From a virus (taxonomy: Duplodnaviria; Caudoviricetes): 52,320 bases of DNA. The stretch covers positions 1 through 52,320 of the IMG/VR virus record IMGVR_UViG_3300011336_000270. One strand, written 5' to 3'. Numbering within the stretch: position 1 is the stretch's first letter; each line of letters starts with the position of its first letter. Positions 47,283-52,320 of the stretch are shown here, one piece after another. Under the pieces are notes generated by a model. That model did not search any database. It had not been told where the DNA came from and worked only from the letters and a program-made list of their open reading frames with translations. Made by a program: the position numbers and the translations under genes.

Positions 47283-47468
47283 ATGCTTAATAAGATAAAT
47301 TCAGAATACCCAAAGTGGGCTTGTCAAGAATGCGGAAAGAAGAACGGGAAGAAACAAAAAGAAGTATCATGCTGGCATTACGGAAAGTGTGATGTCTGCC
47401 AAACAAATAAAAGTGTTACCGAGGTAAGAGATTTCGGGCATTTTCCAAACTGGTTCAAATCTAAATAA
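47283..47468 (+). CDS. Small zinc-finger protein
   Basis: CQECG...CDVC. Confidence 0.7.
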   Translation: MLNKINSEYPKWACQECGKKNGKKQKEVSCWHYGKCDVCQTNKSVTEVRDFGHFPNWFKSK

Positions 47469-47710
47469 TGTGTCCAAAATGCAAATCAAAAAAAATAGGA
47501 GTCTACGATTCGAGAAAGAACGGAAAACATGGAGGGTCAGTATGGAGGCGCAGGCATTGCCTAAAATGTTTCCATAACTGGTCAACAGTAGAAATAAACC
47601 AAGAACACTATGATGAATTGACAAGGCAGGCCAATTTACTAGAAACACTCAGAACCCTTGAAAACACAGCTTCAAGTATTATCGGAAAAGTTAAGGGAAT
47701 TCTTCCCTAA
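47468..47710 (+). CDS. NrdR-like N-terminal zinc-ribbon protein
   Basis: CPKC...VYDSR...RRRHCLKC...WSTVE; lacks the ATP-cone. Confidence 0.8.
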   Translation: MCPKCKSKKIGVYDSRKNGKHGGSVWRRRHCLKCFHNWSTVEINQEHYDELTRQANLLETLRTLENTASSIIGKVKGILP

Positions 47711-47726
47711 AACTGAATTGCCAGTC

Positions 47727-47858
47727 ATGTTCATGCTGATCTCAATCATAGTAATTGGAGTGATCTATAACATCTTAACGGATAAAAAGCCTAAAAAGAC
47801 ATACCTATGCCCAGCCTGCGGACAAGCAGAAAAGAAAAATGAGAGATATATTTTTTGA
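47727..47858 (+). CDS. Small membrane-anchored protein with CPAC
   Basis: N-terminal TM helix then YLCPACG. Confidence 0.5.
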   Translation: MFMLISIIVIGVIYNILTDKKPKKTYLCPACGQAEKKNERYIF

Positions 47859-47924
47859 TCTATTGATAATGGTAATCATCTTCTACGCTATTACAATAAT
47901 CGTATACCACTACAGCCAAAACCA

Positions 47925-48281
47925 ATGAACAAACGACCTACACCAGAAACGGATGCGTTACGCAAATCAATCGATAGCGGAGCGAATGCCGAAGCGGAGA
48001 TGAATTCATTTGCTCGCAAGTTAGAGCGTGAGCGAGACAAGGCACGGGAGGAGTTGAAAAAATGCAGAGAGGATTCTATACGGGATGGCGTTTCGGTGGA
48101 TGCACTTGTTCTGCTGATTCGTCTATGGAAAAGCCGTGAGAAAAAATATCGTAACGCAGTAAGGACGGAGTGGGAAACCGGAGACAAATACGCAAGCCGA
48201 AGATACGAGGGCGAATCCATAGGAACTCGCTGGGCAATCAATGACTTGGAAAAACTTATATCTGAGGAGGAAGCCAAATGA
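47925..48281 (+). CDS. Hypothetical protein with TPETDA / ERERD motifs
   Basis: RPTPETDA...FARKLERERDKAR. Confidence 0.75.
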   Translation: MNKRPTPETDALRKSIDSGANAEAEMNSFARKLERERDKAREELKKCREDSIRDGVSVDALVLLIRLWKSREKKYRNAVRTEWETGDKYASRRYEGESIGTRWAINDLEKLISEEEAK

Positions 48282-48303
48282 TTGAATTACCAACACAACT
48301 GTT

Positions 48304-48561
48304 ATGAACACCACCACTGAATACAAAGACGCAGACGAAGCATGGGAAGCCGGTCAAGAATGGATCAAGACCTCTAGTACGTATGAGAAGATGGACTACA
48401 TGAAAGAGACTTGCACTGAGTATTTCTTCAAAGAATGTCGTCTTCTTGACGAGATGGCTCGCTGGATGACTCAAGAGGATTTCAATGAGTTCTTTAAACA
48501 TCTCTGCAGTAACGGGATGATTAAAACTCCGCAGGAGTTGGACTACGACATGAATAATTGA
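48304..48561 (+). CDS. Hypothetical acidic protein
   Basis: ORF with AACTGTTATGAACA start context. Confidence 0.7.
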   Translation: MNTTTEYKDADEAWEAGQEWIKTSSTYEKMDYMKETCTEYFFKECRLLDEMARWMTQEDFNEFFKHLCSNGMIKTPQELDYDMNN

Positions 48562-48600
48562 TTGACCTGTCCACCACTAGTCCCGAGAATAATAACTGTT

Positions 48601-49020
48601 ATGAACAACTACGCAAACACAATCGTCAACGACAGAGATCAATTAGCCTACGCATTGGCGAATGCTTTGAAAGAGCGCGACGAGGCGCTGGAGGCGGCTG
48701 CAAAGTGGGAATCGTCATTCGACGCCATGGAACGCGCAGGAGCAGAACAAGCCCGCCGTGCTGATGAGAACCGCGAATGGGCACTAAGGGCAGAGCGCGA
48801 GCACGATGAGGCGATTGCCGATCGTGACATTTTACGCATTGATGCTCAACGCGAAGCTGAACATCACGACCGCATGGTTGGGGAGCTTGAGAGAGTATAT
48901 CAGGAGCGCGACGAGGCGAGGCAGGCGTTTAGTGAACTATGGCAATATGCAGACGCGTTATTGCCGGAAATTGACGAGGAAACATTAAACCGATGGAACA
49001 AATGCATAAAACTATACTAG
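48601..49020 (+). CDS. Hypothetical coiled-coil protein with ERDEA repeats
   Basis: ERDEAL, EREHDEA and ERDEAR; same start context as 48304. Confidence 0.7.
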   Translation: MNNYANTIVNDRDQLAYALANALKERDEALEAAAKWESSFDAMERAGAEQARRADENREWALRAEREHDEAIADRDILRIDAQREAEHHDRMVGELERVYQERDEARQAFSELWQYADALLPEIDEETLNRWNKCIKLY

Positions 49021-49283
49021 AGCTGGCCGCAGAGGCAGTAACAGGAGACCGCAAGAGGGATTACGGATCCCCTGAGGAAAACCACGAGCGGATATCCATT
49101 TTATGGAATGCCTATATTTCATGCCGCGACAAAGATCTAGGCGAGCCGATCACGGCATTAGATGTTGCTAATATGATGATTTTGCTCAAAATCGCGCGAT
49201 CCTGCAAGACCCCTACGAAGGACACATATGTTGATATTGCTGGGTATGCCCAATGCGCGGCAGAGATCTCAGGGCTAGAATGA
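48993..49283 (+). CDS. DUF6378-like phage protein
   Basis: ILELAAEAVTGDRKRDYGSPEENHERI...LLKIAR...DTYVDIAGYA. Confidence 0.8.
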   Translation: MEQMHKTILELAAEAVTGDRKRDYGSPEENHERISILWNAYISCRDKDLGEPITALDVANMMILLKIARSCKTPTKDTYVDIAGYAQCAAEISGLE

Positions 49284-49447
49284 ACACCCTGAAAGACTAC
49301 ATCACCTCCAGAAAGCTAAACGAAACCAAAATACTAAACATTCTGCAAGATCACGGAATCATATCTGATGAATGCGTAACCTCTTCTGAGGTAGGAGACT
49401 CAGGAAAAGCCGTGTCTTGGATAGAACTAAACGAAGAAAAACTATGA
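49280..49447 (+). CDS. Hypothetical protein
   Basis: ATGA-coupled. Confidence 0.65.
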   Translation: MNTLKDYITSRKLNETKILNILQDHGIISDECVTSSEVGDSGKAVSWIELNEEKL

Positions 49448-49746
49448 CATACGAACAACTAGAAGAAAAAGTAATCCAATGGGCAAAAGACCGAAGAATC
49501 ATACCAAACGCAACACCAACCGCCCAGCTACTCAAATTCTTCTCTGAAGCAGGAGAACTATCAGATGCAGAAGCGAAAAGAGATATGCCAGAAATCATAG
49601 ACGCAGTAGGTGATATACAGGTCTGCCTAATCAACTATTGCGAGTTATTAGGCATCAAGATGACAGACTGCCTAGAGTCAGCATACAACCAAATCAAAGA
49701 CCGCCGAGGAACATTAACACCAGAGGGTATATTCATAAAAGAATGA
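49444..49746 (+). CDS. MazG-like nucleotide pyrophosphohydrolase
   Basis: WAKDR...QLLKFFSEAGEL...IIDAVGD...AYNQIKDRRG. Confidence 0.82.
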   Translation: MTYEQLEEKVIQWAKDRRIIPNATPTAQLLKFFSEAGELSDAEAKRDMPEIIDAVGDIQVCLINYCELLGIKMTDCLESAYNQIKDRRGTLTPEGIFIKE

Positions 49747-49949
49747 AAGACGAAATGGAAAAAAAATACAAAGAGCATAGCGAGATGCTAAGTAGAATAG
49801 CTTCATTTGTAGATGACTGGGCGAGGAATGAAAACGATAGCACACTATTGTGTGTGCTTCGTGCAGTCCAGCAAGCCCACTTCTCTAAGGCAGAAATGCT
49901 GCAAAAATACATAGAGATGGAAGAAGAATTATCGTTAACGATAAAATGA
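49743..49949 (+). CDS. Hypothetical protein
   Basis: ATGA-coupled at both ends. Confidence 0.6.
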   Translation: MKDEMEKKYKEHSEMLSRIASFVDDWARNENDSTLLCVLRAVQQAHFSKAEMLQKYIEMEEELSLTIK

Positions 49950-50338
49950 ACTGGGACGAATACGGAATGCAGATAGCCCAAGTCGCCGCCCTCAAAAGCA
50001 AAGACCCATGGCAAAAAGTCGGCGCGGCCATCCTAAGAGAGGATAACACAATAGGAGGTATAGGATACAACGGCTTCCCCCAAGGAGTAAAAGAAGACTG
50101 GGAGAACAGAGACGAAAGAAGATTACTTGTAGTCCACGCAGAACAAAACGCCCTCAGATACCTAAAACCCCAAGAAGGAAAGACACTCTACTCCACACTC
50201 CTGCCCTGCAATGACTGCCTAAAGACCATCGCCGCCTACCAAATAAAGAGAGTCCTCTACAAAGACATCTACAACTACGACACCTCCTCCCTACTCACAG
50301 CAAAGAAACTAGGAATAGAACTAGTCAAATACGAATGA
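49946..50338 (+). CDS. dCMP deaminase
   Basis: SKDP...VGA...GYNGFP, HAEQNAL and PCNDC motifs. Confidence 0.92.
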   Translation: MNWDEYGMQIAQVAALKSKDPWQKVGAAILREDNTIGGIGYNGFPQGVKEDWENRDERRLLVVHAEQNALRYLKPQEGKTLYSTLLPCNDCLKTIAAYQIKRVLYKDIYNYDTSSLLTAKKLGIELVKYE

Positions 50339-50523
50339 ACCAAGACCAAAAATCCCGAATCGCCGACACAATCGAGGAAGTCATCAAGGCATCCAAATCA
50401 GACAAAGAATCCCTAGATAGAATCCACTACCTCGGCCACATAGACAGAAGCCAAAAACAATACCGAGTCTACCTAACCTTCACAGAAGCCAAAGCACCAA
50501 TATCAGACAGAAACCTAGACTAG
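50335..50523 (+). CDS. Hypothetical protein
   Basis: Last gene of the rightward operon. Confidence 0.55.
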   Translation: MNQDQKSRIADTIEEVIKASKSDKESLDRIHYLGHIDRSQKQYRVYLTFTEAKAPISDRNLD

Positions 50524-50605
50524 GTACCCACCATACCACATTAGCTAGGGACATTGCAGGACGGAGAGCGCAAGAATCAAGGGAAGGCTATAAACCAAGT
50601 TTGTC

Positions 50606-50731
50606 TCGCTGTTGGGATAAGAGGCAGGGATAGCACGGTAAGGGCAGATACAGAGCTTTCTGTCGCTGTTGGGGGGAAGGAAGGCTGGATCACGCGATAA
50701 GCACCAAAATGGGTTCTGTGTCGCTGTTGGG
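50606..50731 (+). repeat. Three direct repeats TCGCTGTTGGG with 57-58 bp period
   Basis: Copies at 50606, 50663 and 50721. Confidence 0.8.
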
Positions 50732-51112
50732 AGTGCTACGCTTATGGTTTTGACCTGCAATCTGGGCTGTGTGGGGGTGGGGCCGTGTGCCATCCGGCTC
50801 CTGCCCACAAAGAGATTCCTTTGTGCCTAGCGTGCGCCGTGCCGTGTCGTGTCGCTGGTATTATAATAGCGCGTGTGTGCGTGAGCGTGGGGCGAGTGAG
50901 TGAATGATGAGTGGATCGGATCGGAGGACGGGATTATTCTATGGCATGATCAGGCCGGAAAGCGGGGGAGGATTGGCCGGGGAGCGGGGGCGTGATAGTG
51001 AGAATAATAAATTCCGATAATCACATAGCGTCGATAGTGGCGGGGAATGCTGTCGCAATAACTAGGAGCGAGGATGGCGGGGAAATGGGCCATGCGAATT
51101 GCGTGCAGGAGT

Positions 51113-51201
51113 TGGCATGAATCATGCTAGTGAATCGAATTTCAGCATGGCACGGGATTTGCTGACAAAAAAGGTTTGACAGGGTTGGCATGGGAAATGC
51201 T
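51113..51201 (+). promoter_or_regulatory. Three tandem sigma-54-like -24/-12 boxes
   Basis: TGGCATGAATCATGCT (51113), TGGCACGGGATTTGCT (51148) and TGGCATGGGAAATGCT (51186); all have GG-N10-GC spacing. Confidence 0.55.
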
Positions 51202-51234
51202 CTAGGTGAATTGAAAAACTGGGCAACAAATTTG

Positions 51235-51262
51235 TTGACTGGCCGTGTGATTTTGATATTGT
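51235..51262 (+). promoter_or_regulatory. Sigma-70-like early promoter
   Basis: TTGACT-16-TATTGT. Confidence 0.5.
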
Positions 51263-51448
51263 CGCTCATGTGCAGGATGGAATCACCACCCGCGCAACCG
51301 CTCTCAACCTAGCTCCGCAGCTCTTCAGCCCTTGGCAATCTTGCCATGCGTGTTCGTGCAATTTATTTTTTGCGCGTCTCGTTTCATGCTCCGTGTGGAG
51401 TGTGTCGGGTTTGACTGGTTCGCTTGTTAGGTGCGAGCATTAACACAC

Positions 51449-51670
51449 ATGAAACTCGAAACTAAAATTCACGGCACTATGACAGAACCGGCAATAATTT
51501 CAATTAGCCTGCCGCGTTGCTCATATGGGTTCCGAACCGGATATGCGTATGCGTATGTGGACGGTGTGCACAAAAAACTCCATACCAGCGAGAGCGATCA
51601 ATTGCCGTGGGATGCACACCTAGCTATTGTTAGATCGCAATTCGCATCAGGTCAGGGAGATCTAATGTAA
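51449..51670 (+). CDS. Hypothetical early protein
   Basis: ATG after AACACAC leader. Confidence 0.6.
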   Translation: MKLETKIHGTMTEPAIISISLPRCSYGFRTGYAYAYVDGVHKKLHTSESDQLPWDAHLAIVRSQFASGQGDLM

Positions 51671-51698
51671 TCCTAACCAAACCAAACCAAAAAACCAA

Positions 51699-51986
51699 AT
51701 GAAAGCCAATTATACAACCAAAGAACTAAAAACCCACCTCCGCCAAGGCGAATTTGCTTGGCCGGGAGGCTACCCCTTGTATTTCATCACCACAGACGGG
51801 GCCGCTTTATCCTTTAAAGCAGTCCGCGAAAACCTCCGCCTTGTGATTGATTCAATCAAACGAGACTTGCGAGATGGTTGGCAAGTTTGCGCCGTAGATG
51901 TGAACTACGAAGATCCTTCCCTTTTCTGTGATCACACAGGCGAAAGAATCCCCTCCGCCTATGCTGAAGACTTGGCGGAAGTTTGA
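51699..51986 (+). CDS. Hypothetical early protein (AWPGGYP family)
   Basis: FAWPGGYPLYFITTDG...NYEDPSLFCDHTGERIPSAY; long AACC leader. Confidence 0.8.
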   Translation: MKANYTTKELKTHLRQGEFAWPGGYPLYFITTDGAALSFKAVRENLRLVIDSIKRDLRDGWQVCAVDVNYEDPSLFCDHTGERIPSAYAEDLAEV

Positions 51987-52077
51987 AAATCGAAACGGGG
52001 ATTTTCCCCGTCTTCACACCTTGGCAAGTGTGGACTGAAGAGATTGCCAAAAACCAACACTAGAAAAACCAACATGA

Positions 52078-52320
52078 AAACCAAAATCGACGCACTAAAC
52101 AAAATTAACTCTGCCGCGCCTCAAATCCTGTCGCGCTTGCATGAAATCCTTGCGCCATCTATCGGCAAAAAAATAATTACCTCTCACCCTTGGGATCGGT
52201 GGAGTAAAAAACTCCAGCCCCAGCTTAACGCATTGCATGAGGAAATGCGCGCCAATCAAATCCGTCTCGTTTTCCACTTCTCAGAGCGTAGCATCTGGGC
52301 GGACATTGACACAACAATTC
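52078..52320. repeat. Terminal direct repeat, right copy
   Basis: Matches 1-243 with two substitutions. Confidence 0.97.

Larger units (their letters stand above)
709..49943. promoter_or_regulatory. Dispersed palindromic motif family TATCG(T/G)T(A/T)(A/C)CGATA, about 21 copies (span covers first to last copy)
   Basis: Perfect TATCGTTAACGATA starts at 19869, 22408, 25795, 27534, 29615, 33419, 37098, 43981, 46045 and 49930; TATCGGTAACGATA at 5896, 9967, 14924 and 42255; 2-3 mismatch variants at 709, 2737, 2994, 13607, 28155, 31511 and 40604. Confidence 0.9.

Noticed and set aside
48297-48607. AACTGTTATGAACA repeated at two consecutive gene starts
   Set aside because: Only two copies; plausibly a shared start context or cassette-insertion scar, and not enough to claim a system
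50606-51201. CRISPR or mini-CRISPR array in the repeat-containing non-coding region
   Set aside because: Repeats are only 11 bp or degenerate, lack the length and identity of CRISPR repeats, and there are no cas genes; the exonuclease is a stand-alone phage type
1-52320. tRNA genes, integrase, reverse transcriptase/DGR, DNA or RNA polymerase, introns and inteins
   Set aside because: No recognisable motifs seen; absence is by eye only and should be confirmed with tRNAscan and HMM searches

Overview
The window is an essentially complete, circularly closed genome (about 52.08 kb unique, plus a 243-bp terminal overlap) of a tailed dsDNA phage with a podovirus-type virion module. The virion genes are portal, scaffold, major capsid, adaptor, nozzle, needle, three ejection proteins, tail fibre, tailspike and a collagen-like fibre. 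It also has a lysis cassette, a frameshifted large terminase and lambda-like replication (HTH initiator with internal iterons plus DnaB). Other genes include an SF2 helicase, an exonuclease and SSB, two paralogous DNA methyltransferases, three free-standing HNH homing endonucleases and many small accessory genes. I saw no integrase, DNA polymerase, tRNA or CRISPR array. The most striking unexplained features are: (1) about 21 copies of a 14-18 bp palindrome (TATCGTTAACGATA and close variants) spread almost evenly around the genome, both inside genes and exactly filling gene junctions, together with a phage-encoded ParB/KorB/LmbU-like HTH protein that could bind it; (2) two sequence-diverged but structurally identical leader RNAs with covarying long-range pairings, resembling C4/CI-type attenuators; (3) a pseudoknotted leader on the capsid gene; (4) a tandem array of sigma-54-like promoter boxes; and (5) a short peptide module shared by three adjacent virion proteins. 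All product calls come from motif recognition by eye, without database searches.
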